From Candidatus Latescibacterota bacterium (GTDB taxonomy: Bacteria > Latescibacterota > CBDEFO01): 64,000 bases of DNA. The notes beneath the pieces are model-generated. The model was not told where the DNA came from, ran no database searches, and was given only the letters and a program-made list of their open reading frames with translations. Below, one piece after another: positions 40,404 through 50,526 of this stretch; the first letter of the stretch is position 1; every line of letters starts with the position of its first letter. The stretch is taken from NCBI GenBank assembly GCA_965248755.1, contig OZ252149.1, positions 2,528,001 through 2,592,000 of the forward strand, read 5' to 3'. The translations under genes were made by a program, and so were the position numbers.

Positions 40404-41986
40404 ACACTTGTTTTCCCCTCTCTACTGTCTACTGGCTAATATCTGCTGTCCTTATCATCTCCTGCGCAGGGAAGGAAGAAAAAAGCAAAGACATCTTCCG
40501 ATTTAGAATCGGAGCAGACCCTCCCTCTTTAGATCCAGTCCACTCCACAGATACCATCTCAGGAGCCATCGTCTCGCACATATTCGACGGACTGGTGAAA
40601 CTGGATCCCGAAACTGGAGAAGTAGTCCCCGCCGTCGCCGACACCTTCTGGTCGTCTCAAGACGGAAAAGTATGGACCTTCCGTCTCAAAAAGGGCGTCC
40701 GCTTCCACAACGGAAGAGAAGTGGTAGCAAGGGATTTCCACTACTCCTTTGAAAGAGTGCTGTCCCCCGAAACCAGAGCCGAAAGGCCCTGGGTCCTCGA
40801 ACCAATATTAGGCGCAAGAGATTTTATAGACGGAATTGTCTTCAGCGTTGAGGGCATTCAGGCTGTAGATGACTATACACTGGTTATAACACTCGAAGAG
40901 CACTTCGCCCCGTTCTTGGTCCAATTGTGTATGGAGATAGCAAGTGTAGTGCCGGGCGAAGAAGTCGCAAAGTGGAAAGAGGACTTTTCATCCCATCCTG
41001 TCGGCTGTGGACCCTTCAAGTTTTCCGAATGGAAGCACGATGTCCAAGTGAGGCTCGAAAGATTCGACGACTACTATGGTCAAAGAGCCCATATAGATGG
41101 AATCGAATACCACATACTCCCGGACGTAAGCGTAGCCCTCGAAAAATACAAAGCGGGAGAGCTCGACCTCTTAGATGACATACCCCCAGGACAGGTCCGG
41201 TTCCTTAAGAGTAGATTCCCCGATGAAGTTAAGATATGGCCCGTTATGTCCATAAGATACCTGGGAATGGACCTTCAACGTGAGCCGTTCAGGGACAACG
41301 TCCTTTTAAGGAAGGCTATTAACTACGCAATAGACAAGACAAACCTGTGCGACGTAATAATGGAAGGGTGCGCCGTCCCCGCCAAGGGAGTCCTTCCCCC
41401 TTTGCTGTGGGACGGAAAAGAAAGGCTCGACGTGTACCCTTATAGTCCGAAAAAGGCAAAAGAGCTTCTGGAGGAGGCGGGATTCCCAGACGGAGAGGGA
41501 CTCCCAGAGCTTACCCTGTGGCATCCAAACAGCCAGGCCGAACAGAGGGTATGGCAGTTTGTTCAGGCCAATCTCCAGGACATAGGGATACGGACCAAGC
41601 TTAAGAGTCTCGATTGGGCGGTATATCTTTCGGTGGTTCGCCGAGGAAGGGCGCAACTTTTCAGAGGTAGTTGGGTAGCGGACTATCCTGACCCTCACAA
41701 CTTTCTCTACATACTTTTATACAGGAAAAACTTCGGAGAGGCGGGCAACTACGCAAGATATTCTAACCTCCAATTCGACGCTCTGGTTGAGGAAGCCAAA
41801 AGGGAGTGGGATCCCCATAAGAGGAGAAAACTCTATAGAGAAGCCGAGAGCATAGCCGTCGAAGATGTCCCCTGGGCCTTTCTCTTCCACGCAAGCGACA
41901 GGATGATGATAAAGTCCGAATGGAAAGGAGTCGTCCTTTCCCAGCAGGGAGACTGGATGATTCCACTTGAGAGGGTGTATAAGTGA
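40400..41986 (+). CDS. Peptide/nickel ABC transporter substrate-binding lipoprotein
   Basis: Lipobox Cys; SLDP, WTFRLKKGVRFHNG, GCGPF. Confidence 0.9.
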   Translation: MNTCFPLSTVYWLISAVLIISCAGKEEKSKDIFRFRIGADPPSLDPVHSTDTISGAIVSHIFDGLVKLDPETGEVVPAVADTFWSSQDGKVWTFRLKKGVRFHNGREVVARDFHYSFERVLSPETRAERPWVLEPILGARDFIDGIVFSVEGIQAVDDYTLVITLEEHFAPFLVQLCMEIASVVPGEEVAKWKEDFSSHPVGCGPFKFSEWKHDVQVRLERFDDYYGQRAHIDGIEYHILPDVSVALEKYKAGELDLLDDIPPGQVRFLKSRFPDEVKIWPVMSIRYLGMDLQREPFRDNVLLRKAINYAIDKTNLCDVIMEGCAVPAKGVLPPLLWDGKERLDVYPYSPKKAKELLEEAGFPDGEGLPELTLWHPNSQAEQRVWQFVQANLQDIGIRTKLKSLDWAVYLSVVRRGRAQLFRGSWVADYPDPHNFLYILLYRKNFGEAGNYARYSNLQFDALVEEAKREWDPHKRRKLYREAESIAVEDVPWAFLFHASDRMMIKSEWKGVVLSQQGDWMIPLERVYK

Positions 41987-42010
41987 GCTTAATCACTCTG
42001 GTGAGCTTAA

Positions 42011-42258
42011 TCACTCTCTTTTCCCCTTTTCTAACAATTTGGACAACGGAATCAGTTCCAGAAAAGCCAGTGCCCTGCTGTAATTCCGTCTTTCCAGATA
42101 ATGCCGCAGCATAATGGGGGCCTCCGAACCCATCTGGGTTTTCAGTCTTTCTATGATCTCTATCTGGCCGGCAATAGTTAGGCCTTCCTTTTCTGTCCCA
42201 TCGAGTCGGAGTAAAGTTGCTATAGCATCGCGCAATTGTTCAGCAAGATCGCATGCAT
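42011..42258 (-). pseudogene. Degenerate duplicate of the 42642..42878 hypothetical gene
   Basis: Near-identical middle; frameshifted start and divergent end. Confidence 0.65.
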
Positions 42259-42309
42259 TTCAATATACTCCCCCTTTACAATTTTGCTAGAGGAATCTCT
42301 GCTCCTTTA

Positions 42310-42440
42310 GAGGTCCCTGTGAGATCCGTCAGAGAACGGCTGATCTTTCGGGCGTCCGCATCGTTACCAAATAGGTATCAGGCTCAAGCTAACGGGTGAT
42401 GGGACTTCTAGCTGCAATTACTGGTTTACCGCTTATATCA
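42310..42440 (-). pseudogene. Decayed CDGSH gene duplicate
   Basis: KPVIAA..PI..*LEPDTY, KDQPFSDGSH with stops. Confidence 0.7.
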
Positions 42441-42641
42441 CTTCTCTCCTTGCTGAACAGCCCCACTTAAAGAGAGTCGTTTGAAGAGGAAGACGCTTAC
42501 TGGGCGTTTCTCTTATACGCAAGCGAAAGGATGTTGATAAAACCTAACTTGAAAGGAGTCGTCCTTGCCCATCAGGAGGACTGGGCAATACCGCTTGAGA
42601 GGCTCTACAGGAGAATTTGATCAGCCTTTTTCCAAGGGCAC

Positions 42642-42878
42642 CTAACAATTGGGGACAGCTGTATCATCACGTCCCTCCAGAAAATCCAGCGCCTTGGAAA
42701 AGCTCCGTTTCTCCAGATAATGCCGCAGCATAGTGGGGGCCTCCGAACCCATCTGGGTTTTCAGTCTTTCAATGATCTCAATCTGACCGGCAATAGTTGG
42801 CCCTTCCACTTCTGTTCCCTCGAGTCGGAGCAAAGTTGCTATAGCATCGTGCAACTGTTCACCAAGATCTGTTACCAT
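42642..42878 (-). CDS. Hypothetical protein
   Basis: 78-aa ORF with RBS; LRHYLEKRSF.KAL.FLEG motif. Confidence 0.65.
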   Translation of the reverse strand: MVTDLGEQLHDAIATLLRLEGTEVEGPTIAGQIEIIERLKTQMGSEAPTMLRHYLEKRSFSKALDFLEGRDDTAVPNC

Positions 42879-42929
42879 TTAGATATACCTCCATTCTTAT
42901 GTAGTTTCGAGATAAAACTCTCTCTTGCC

Positions 42930-43166
42930 TCAGACGTTCTTGTGCGATCCATCACAGAACGGGGCGTCTCCTGTATGCTTGCATTGGCAAAAGACCAACC
43001 TCTTCTTCTCCTCTACCGTGAATTCCACCGGAGTAAATCCAGTTCCTTTGTGAGATCCATCACAGAACGGCTGATCTTTCGAGCGTCCGCACCGACACCA
43101 GTAGTACGTGTCTGGCTCAAGCTCAAGGGCGATGGGCTTTCTGGCTGCAATTACTGGTTGGCTCAT
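42930..43166 (-). CDS. CDGSH iron-sulfur domain protein (two motifs)
   Basis: WCRCGRSKDQPFCDGSH and CQCKHT..APFCDGSH. Confidence 0.92.
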   Translation of the reverse strand: MSQPVIAARKPIALELEPDTYYWCRCGRSKDQPFCDGSHKGTGFTPVEFTVEEKKRLVFCQCKHTGDAPFCDGSHKNV

Positions 43167-43447
43167 GTCACTTTTCTCCTTGCTAAAGATCCCACTGGTG
43201 GGAAGTCGTTTAAAAAGATAGATACAAAAGATTGAACCTGCAGAATGTTCAACAAATCTTCACATCATACAAATCCACTTACACAATCAATCCAACTCCT
43301 ACGATGCAACTGTCCCTGAACTGCGCCCCAGGACAAGCTCTTGCTTTACGTTAAGAAGCCGCCTCTTCAGACTAGATATTGCCTGCGATATTTAGAACGC
43401 ATCACAAGGGCGTGCTGATGCTCAAATATTCAAATGTCAACTATAAC

Positions 43448-44815
43448 TCATTGTTTGTTTTCATTGGATATATCAAGGCCATTTAACCTACGCACAACGT
43501 CAAAGAGGACCTGCATCCCAAAGAGAACGTTGTCGGCAGAGACCTTCTCGTCGTGACCGTGACACAACTGAAAGAACGTAGGCCCTGGTTCGTACTTCAT
43601 CGGGAGGAAGCCGTAGACCTTCGTCTTTGTCCCTACAAAAGGCCTCGCATCTGTCCCACCCGTTGCCATATATGGTATCACAAACGCCTCCGGATGATGC
43701 TTGGCGATAGCTTCCTGTACATACCCAAAGAGCGGGGTATCGTGCCCGGCTTCCAGCCCCCGAGCAAACCCCTCAGCACTTATGTCCACGTCGTCGCCTA
43801 CGATCTTCTTCATCTCCTCTATAAACCCTTCTGCATCTACATCGGGAAGGGTCCGACCGCTCAATTTGACCTTCACCTCAGACGGAATCACATTCCTCTT
43901 TACTCCGCCCTCTAACATAGTAGGAGCGCAGGTGTTTCTGAGCATAGCATCGAACATCCAGGCAGTAGGCGCGTCTACAGGTAACTTTTCCAAGACCTCT
44001 GGCTCCTTCTGGGGATCGAGCATATCCAGATATAATCTTTTTGACTCTTTGTCATCCTGAGCATTTGCGATCCCCTCGAAAAATTTACGTACAGAATCCG
44101 TGACCCTATGAGGCATTTTCTCTTCAGATATGCGCTCTATTGTCCGAGCTAAACGATAGATGGAATTGTCATCGTGAGGTGTCGAACTGTGTCCCGGCTG
44201 TCCCTTTGCAATCAGATCCACGTTATATGCGCCCTTTTCAGCGGTCTGACACAGATAGAAGTGCTTCCCTCCCACGAGTATAGCAAATCCTCCGCCTTCG
44301 TTTATGCAGTACTCCGATTCTATCAGATCGTAGTGATTGTTCACAAGCCAATTTGCACCGTATGCGCCCCCCATCTCTTCATCCGCACAAGCGGCGATTA
44401 TGATATCCCTTTTCAGGGGAACTTTATGCCGGGACAGAAGAAGGAGGATCATCATTTCAACGGCAGTCGTAAGCTTGGAGTCTATTGCGCCCCTCCCCCA
44501 GATGTAGCCGTCAGCCAGGGTAGCTGAAAAGGGTGGATACGTCCACTTATCCGGTTCTACGGGCACCACGTCCACGTGCGAAAGGAAAAGGAGGGGCGGC
44601 AGTTCCCCTGTGCCCTTCAATCTCCCTACCGCGTTCGCCCGATCTGGAGCAGACTTCAAGACAGAAGTCTGGATTCCATCATCAGACAGCACATCGGCTA
44701 CAAATTCGATAGCCGGAAGTTCATTCCCCGGAGGATTCGTGGTGTCGAATCGGATCAACTGCCGTAAAAGCTCAACCGCCTCATCTTTGACTGGCTTCCA
44801 ATCTATATTTTCCAT
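43448..44815 (-). CDS. M20/M25/M40 family metallopeptidase
   Basis: SHVDVV, GRGAIDSK, DEE, GHSS, GGTD, HGHDE. Confidence 0.9.
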   Translation of the reverse strand: MENIDWKPVKDEAVELLRQLIRFDTTNPPGNELPAIEFVADVLSDDGIQTSVLKSAPDRANAVGRLKGTGELPPLLFLSHVDVVPVEPDKWTYPPFSATLADGYIWGRGAIDSKLTTAVEMMILLLLSRHKVPLKRDIIIAACADEEMGGAYGANWLVNNHYDLIESEYCINEGGGFAILVGGKHFYLCQTAEKGAYNVDLIAKGQPGHSSTPHDDNSIYRLARTIERISEEKMPHRVTDSVRKFFEGIANAQDDKESKRLYLDMLDPQKEPEVLEKLPVDAPTAWMFDAMLRNTCAPTMLEGGVKRNVIPSEVKVKLSGRTLPDVDAEGFIEEMKKIVGDDVDISAEGFARGLEAGHDTPLFGYVQEAIAKHHPEAFVIPYMATGGTDARPFVGTKTKVYGFLPMKYEPGPTFFQLCHGHDEKVSADNVLFGMQVLFDVVRRLNGLDISNENKQ

Positions 44816-44921
44816 GCAAGTCTCCACAAATCTGCAGTGGCAGATCCAAGTGCCCGCCGTGAAAGCTTGGACCAATCGCGCGAACACATAGGTTCGCTTC
44901 CTTACAGATGTCCTCTTAAGC

Positions 44922-45236
44922 CTAAGAACCAGCCCTTATCGCCTTCCTTATCAAATCCTTGGCCGGAAGCGGCCATCCTCTTCCGTCTTCTTTCCTGTAG
45001 ACTCTGCACGTCAGCGCATAGTGCTTCGTAGACTCGGCCTCGGGGTCTAAGTCCACTCCGTTTACCCTGATAGTCGGAGATCCCAAAAACTTCAGATCTA
45101 CTGCCTGCTGGTCTGAGTCCACCTCGATGCGCTCTACATGCGCAGTTACTCCCTCCTCTTGGAGGACTTCGTTCAAGAGTTCGAATCCCCGCTCATGGGA
45201 GGGACAACCCTTAAAGAAGAGATAATCTATATGCAT
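44922..45236 (-). CDS. Thioredoxin-like DUF2703-type protein
   Basis: GCPSH, FLGSPTIRVNG, TCRVY. Confidence 0.7.
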   Translation of the reverse strand: MHIDYLFFKGCPSHERGFELLNEVLQEEGVTAHVERIEVDSDQQAVDLKFLGSPTIRVNGVDLDPEAESTKHYALTCRVYRKEDGRGWPLPAKDLIRKAIRAGS

Positions 45237-45435
45237 ATTCGGCGCCAGAGACTGAGTATCAGTTCCAAATTGTGTGGAGGGTGATAGTAGAGGTCAAAAT
45301 AGTGGAAAGCAACAAGCACACGACGCAGTTAAAGTGAGCATGTTTAGCTTCCCCGGGTTTACCCGATAGCTTCTAATCGGGAGAGATCGCATTTACGGTT
45401 TGGAGGAGAGCCGCTGCCCGCTCCTTACTGTCTGC

Positions 45436-46680
45436 TTACTTAAGTGCTATTCGCCCCTTGGATCCGCTCCCACCAGTCCGGATCTCTACACCCGTCATCA
45501 TGGCCCGTTCCACCTTGCTTAAGGGACGCCTGTCTTCTATGTCGTATTTGCTCTTATCGCACACGTTCCCGTTCCGTATTGTAGCCACTGCCGAAAGCTT
45601 CTTGTCCCATGTGGCCTTCTGGCCGTGAGTATCTACAAAACCGAATTCGCCCTCTAAAAGCTCGAAGACTCCGATGTCCGCGGAGTAGCCCACCTTCAGG
45701 CTCCCCATTTCGTCCTCCCTGTTCACAGCCCGCGCCGGCGCGACAGTGCTCTTTTCTATAGCGTCCTCCAGACTCATCCCCATATAGAGGAACTTGGATA
45801 TGGTCGTGGGGAAATCGTAGACTGGACCTCCAACGCTTAAGCTATGCAGATCTGTGCTGATAACATCTGGCAGGAAGTGTTGCTCGAAAGCCGCCTTTGC
45901 CGTATCAAAATTGAAACTCCCCGCGCCGTGTCCCACGTCGAATATCACGCCCCTTTCCCTGGCGTCTATCACTTCGGGAAGTAGATTGTATTTCTCATCT
46001 ATGATGCCGTCACCTCTGCCCTGATAGCAGTGGGTCACAATATCGCCCGGCCGCAGAAGTTTAAGTACGTCCGGGAGCGGAACGCCAGCCCCTATGTGAA
46101 CCATTAGGGGGGTCCCTGCGTTCTCAGCCGCCCGGACAGCCATCCTGAGCGGCTCGACCCCGTTTTGTTGTCCCACCTGCCCTCCCCCCTGTCTGACCTT
46201 CACACCCACGGCGATGTCCCTGTTGTCCTCTATCGTCTGAGCTACCTCGTCAGGAGCCGCGTAGGCCATATCGATCATTTCTCCCACAGGCCCATAGACC
46301 AGGCCGATGCCCGATATATGAATAAACGAAAGCACCCTTGTTCGGGATCGATTGACCACCAACTCCCTGAACCCCGGAAACGTTACCCAGCTCGGACTAC
46401 CTGCGTCCACTGCTCCTGTCACACCGTTCAAAAGACACACAGGATCAGCCTCGATCCCCCATGTGGTTACCCCCACATATACGTGAATATGGATGTCCAG
46501 AAGCCCCGGAGTTACAAAGTTGCCCGATGCGTCAAAAACCTCTGACGCATCCTCAGGCTTGATGTCCTCCTCAAGAGCGGCCACCTTCCCGCCCTTGATC
46601 CCCACATCCATGTTGCAGTTGATCCTTTGAGAAGGGTCTATTACAACCCCTCCCTTTACAACCAGATCGTATTTCATCAT
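45436..46680 (-). CDS. Amidohydrolase/deacetylase (dihydroorotase-like)
   Basis: DIHIH, GVKVR, MVHIG, THCY, DVGHG, ISTDLH. Confidence 0.88.
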   Translation of the reverse strand: MMKYDLVVKGGVVIDPSQRINCNMDVGIKGGKVAALEEDIKPEDASEVFDASGNFVTPGLLDIHIHVYVGVTTWGIEADPVCLLNGVTGAVDAGSPSWVTFPGFRELVVNRSRTRVLSFIHISGIGLVYGPVGEMIDMAYAAPDEVAQTIEDNRDIAVGVKVRQGGGQVGQQNGVEPLRMAVRAAENAGTPLMVHIGAGVPLPDVLKLLRPGDIVTHCYQGRGDGIIDEKYNLLPEVIDARERGVIFDVGHGAGSFNFDTAKAAFEQHFLPDVISTDLHSLSVGGPVYDFPTTISKFLYMGMSLEDAIEKSTVAPARAVNREDEMGSLKVGYSADIGVFELLEGEFGFVDTHGQKATWDKKLSAVATIRNGNVCDKSKYDIEDRRPLSKVERAMMTGVEIRTGGSGSKGRIALK

Positions 46681-46752
46681 CACGCCCTCAGATAAGTAGA
46701 CAGGGACACCTCCTCCCATCCTGTCAATGATAGTGGAAGCACAGATCCCGAA

Positions 46753-46986
46753 CTACATTCTTCCCTTTATCTCCTTTTGAATCTCCTTATATTCGGGAAA
46801 TCTGCCCTCCTTCTTTTTCGAGAAGACCAGATCTTTGTCGATGGACACCTCAAATTTCCCGCCATCGGACGGGACGAGGACCAGTTGAGATATGTCCTGT
46901 TTGAACTCCTCTAAAATCTCGCTCGTCATACTGACGGCCTGGGGCTCGTAGTCTCAGGCGGAACAGTAGATGATCTCGATATTCAC
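46753..46986 (-). CDS. SelT/SelW/SelH (Rdx) family selenoprotein, 77 aa, Sec at codon 11
   Basis: GGAGG RBS plus GTG; MNIEIIYCSA-TGA-DYEPQA..GGKFEV..LVFSKK..GRFP; hairpin 3' of the TGA. Confidence 0.9.
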
Positions 46987-47173
46987 GGTTTACACCTCCT
47001 TTTGAAAGACTGAATTCTTATATTGTTACTTCAACTTTCAGAACTGACTGTTACTGGAAAAGTTAGGCTCCTGTCAACATAGAATCTGGAGTAACTCCCT
47101 TAAACCGAGAAGAAGCGGTTAAGCTAAATTCACTGAAAGTGAGCCTGAAAAGATGTCCTGTGCTGTTACATCC

Positions 47174-47878
47174 TTATTTGCCCTGTTTCTTGAACAATGT
47201 TTGCACTTTCTTTTTAACATGACCCCAGGTAAATCTCTCTTTCCAGCTTCCCCAACCATGATGAATTCCATACGAAACCCCATTGTTCAATATTTCCTTA
47301 TATTCTTTTTCATTCCTCGGCGAGGGTGGATGAAAATACAATCTTTCAGTTTCTTCAACATCACTATAATCATTCTTATAGTAAATACTCGTAAGGAGGA
47401 GAGGGCCAGTAGCATCAACAACCTCAGTATAATTCTTGGCAACAGGATAGTTACTCCTTAAATCATTAATTACGTCTTTCCAGAACTGGTGCTTGGGAAT
47501 TGAAGCAAACACACAGTTCCCAATACCATCGTAAGTGTCTCCAAACTGCTTGCTTCTGTTTTTTGGTAATACTAAATTTGCTTCTTCGAAATCAAATCTC
47601 TTTATCATCTCATAGTCAAGATCGAGATATAATCCCCCAATATCATACATTATTAAATACCTGATTACGTCAGCCCTCATAATATTTCGGGGGAATTTCC
47701 TATAGATTTCATAAAAGTCTGGAAAACATTCTTTAACAAAATTGTTATTGTCCTCATCAGTCCATAGTTCATAATCCCAGTCAGGATGTAATTCTATCAC
47801 TCTGCGCTGGAATAATCTCCATTTTTTAGGGATCTTATTCGTCTTCCATGTCTGATGGATAATTTTAGGTATCCTCAT
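47174..47878 (-). CDS. GT32-like DXD glycosyltransferase (low GC)
   Basis: IPKIIHQTWK, RADVIRY, GGLYLDLD, TGP. Confidence 0.88.
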   Translation of the reverse strand: MRIPKIIHQTWKTNKIPKKWRLFQRRVIELHPDWDYELWTDEDNNNFVKECFPDFYEIYRKFPRNIMRADVIRYLIMYDIGGLYLDLDYEMIKRFDFEEANLVLPKNRSKQFGDTYDGIGNCVFASIPKHQFWKDVINDLRSNYPVAKNYTEVVDATGPLLLTSIYYKNDYSDVEETERLYFHPPSPRNEKEYKEILNNGVSYGIHHGWGSWKERFTWGHVKKKVQTLFKKQGK

Positions 47879-48169
47879 TTCCAAATTCGTTAGTCTCTAT
47901 ACCACATAACTTGTTACATCCAAACTACTTCTAATATATGTCCACGTTGGTGTGCTATCCGACTCTCCACTCTGTGCCCAGAACGGACATTGAGTTGATC
48001 TCCGAAAGGCCGCTTTGCCATCGAAATCATAATAGCACAATTTATATCCGTTGTCAAGTCGAAAAGCGCTCCCGTGCCCTCTTTTATATTTGCTTTTGCT
48101 ATAGGTTTTTTCGTATATTCATAGCTACTCAAAACAAACGAGGCTGGCTAATTTACAACGAATAGGCAC

Positions 48170-48919
48170 ATGACTCGCATACTTCTGACAAACGACGACG
48201 GATTTTGGTCTGAGGGACTGACGACCCTGAAACGGGAACTGTCACGTCATTGGGGTGTTGTGGTCGTAGCCCCCGACAGAGAGCAGAGCGGCATGAGCCA
48301 CTCGCTGACCTTGACACATCCTCTAAGAGTCAACAGGATAGAAGAGAAAGTCTTCAGCGTGGACGGCACTCCTACAGACTGCGTTATGCTGGGAACCTAC
48401 GGACTTTTAGATAAAAAACCAGACCTGGTGGTCTCCGGGATCAATCACGGAGCCAATTTAGGGGACGATGTCACCTACTCTGGCACGGTTGCAGCAGCGA
48501 TGGAGGGCACACTCTTAGGGATACCCTCGATAGCGATCTCAGTTGTAGGCCAGGACAGGTTGATATTCGATCAGGCGGCGGAGTTTGCCGTTCATCTGAT
48601 AGAGAAAATCCTGCAGGAGGGAATGCCCGAAGAGACACTTCTGAACGTAAACGTCCCCAATCTCCCCAAAGATGGATTAAAAGGGGTTAAGATCACAAAG
48701 TTGGGAAAGAGAATCTACAGGGATGCTATAGTTAAGAACACTGATCCGAGGGGAAAACCCTATTACTGGATCGGAGGGCAGGATCCCACCTGGATAGGCG
48801 GGGAGGAGACCGACTTTGCTGCTGTTGAAGAGGGTATGATCTCAATTTCACCTTTGCATTTAGACCTGACGAAGTATAAAGCCATAAAGGAGATGGAGAA
48901 CTGGAGGATAGAGCTATAG
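48170..48919 (+). CDS. surE: 5'/3'-nucleotidase SurE
   Basis: ILLTNDDG, GTPTDCV, VSGINHGANLG, YSGTVAAAMEG. Confidence 0.95.
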   Translation: MTRILLTNDDGFWSEGLTTLKRELSRHWGVVVVAPDREQSGMSHSLTLTHPLRVNRIEEKVFSVDGTPTDCVMLGTYGLLDKKPDLVVSGINHGANLGDDVTYSGTVAAAMEGTLLGIPSIAISVVGQDRLIFDQAAEFAVHLIEKILQEGMPEETLLNVNVPNLPKDGLKGVKITKLGKRIYRDAIVKNTDPRGKPYYWIGGQDPTWIGGEETDFAAVEEGMISISPLHLDLTKYKAIKEMENWRIEL

Positions 48920-48948
48920 AAACCAGTGGGGGCACCAAGGTAGGACTT

Positions 48949-49530
48949 ATGAGGCGGCTTTACGACTGGGTGCTGGGCTGGGCGCACACTCCCTACGGTG
49001 CGCCTATGCTCTTTTTGCTGTCCCTTGCAGAGTCTTCATTCTTCCCTATCCCGCCCGATGTCCTCTTAATGGCGCTGTCTATCTCCATCCCTAAAAAAGC
49101 CTTAAAATACGCCCTTTACTGCTCCGTCGGATCTGTCATCGGAGGGATCGTAGGCTACTTTATAGGAGCAGTCGGATACGAAGCTATCGGAAGGCACATC
49201 ATAGAATTCTACGGTGCTACTGAAAAATTTAACTATGTTGCAAGTAAGTACAAAGAAAATGCATTTGCATTTATAGTAATAGCCGGTTTTACGCCGATCC
49301 CCTATAAAGTCTTCACTATTGCCGCCGGAGTCTTCGACATAAGGCTTTCGACGCTCGTGTTAGCATCGGCTATAAGCAGGTCCGCCAGATTCTTCATCTT
49401 AGCTGTCCTGATCCACATATTCGGCCCATCGATCAAATCCTTTATAGACAAGTACTTTAATATTCTCTCTGTGGCCTTCGTAGTTCTGCTGATATTAGGT
49501 TTTATAGTAATAAGGCTCATCGTGAAATAG
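48949..49530 (+). CDS. YqaA/DedA family membrane protein
   Basis: AESSFFPIPPD, FTPIPYKVFTI. Confidence 0.9.
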   Translation: MRRLYDWVLGWAHTPYGAPMLFLLSLAESSFFPIPPDVLLMALSISIPKKALKYALYCSVGSVIGGIVGYFIGAVGYEAIGRHIIEFYGATEKFNYVASKYKENAFAFIVIAGFTPIPYKVFTIAAGVFDIRLSTLVLASAISRSARFFILAVLIHIFGPSIKSFIDKYFNILSVAFVVLLILGFIVIRLIVK

Positions 49531-49710
49531 TTATTTGACAGGTGATGACAAAGGTGTGATAGGAGGATATAGAACAGGAAGGTATTGCTATTGGTGTGGG
49601 AACAAGCTGGTGTTGTGCTTAGCTAGCAAAGGGATGAACAGCTTAACCTGGAATGCCCTTCCGAGTCACTTGGATCATTCGCTATCTATTAGATTTAAAA
49701 AGAGAAGTCT

Positions 49711-50511
49711 ATGGTATCAACCTGTAGGTTATGCGGTAGTCAAAATTTAGAATTGTATTATACGCAAGGGAATAATAACCAATATAAATTCTACAAATGT
49801 GTAAATTGTAAACTTGTCAATTATGATCTATCTACGGGACTGAACCAGGAAAAGTATGCAGAGATATATATTAATCCACAAGATCACAAACATAAACACA
49901 ATTTAGGACAGACCGAAACCTATAATTTCATTAAGCGACATATTGACAAACCAGGAAGGTTATTAGATATCGGTTGCGGTAACGGAAAATTGTTATTTCT
50001 TGCTCAAAAAGATGGCTGGAAAGTTAAAGGATTGGAGCTATCTGGTTTTTTGGCTGATTCCATAAAGAAAGCAGTCGGTATAGATGTCGAAGTTTGCAAC
50101 TTTTTGGAATATAAAATTAGTGAAAATGATATTTTTGATGTTGTTGTTTTGAGGCACGTACTGGAACACCTTCCTGACTCTGTTTTAGCAATGAATAAAA
50201 TTAATGCATTATTAAAGACCGGTGGATGCGCCGCATTAGAATTTCCTAACATTGAAGGTTTTGATTTGAAATTCAAAAGATTTTTAGGGGAAATAGGGCT
50301 TCATAAAAAGAAATATTCACCAGATTATAAGCCTGGTCACTGTAATGAATTTTGTAAAGACTCATTTGAGTTCCTACTAGCAAAAACAGGATTCAAATTA
50401 GAAATATGGTACACTTATTCATCAAAGCCCTTTTTTAAGCCATTATTTAATTTGATATACAATATTTTTAATAGTGGTAATAAGGCAAGAGTATTGATAA
50501 GAAAGGCTTAG
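49711..50511 (+). CDS. Class I SAM-dependent methyltransferase (low GC)
   Basis: N-terminal CxxC..CxxC; LLDIGCGNG; HVLEH. Confidence 0.85.
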   Translation: MVSTCRLCGSQNLELYYTQGNNNQYKFYKCVNCKLVNYDLSTGLNQEKYAEIYINPQDHKHKHNLGQTETYNFIKRHIDKPGRLLDIGCGNGKLLFLAQKDGWKVKGLELSGFLADSIKKAVGIDVEVCNFLEYKISENDIFDVVVLRHVLEHLPDSVLAMNKINALLKTGGCAALEFPNIEGFDLKFKRFLGEIGLHKKKYSPDYKPGHCNEFCKDSFEFLLAKTGFKLEIWYTYSSKPFFKPLFNLIYNIFNSGNKARVLIRKA

Positions 50512-50526
50512 ATCACGTAACATCTC

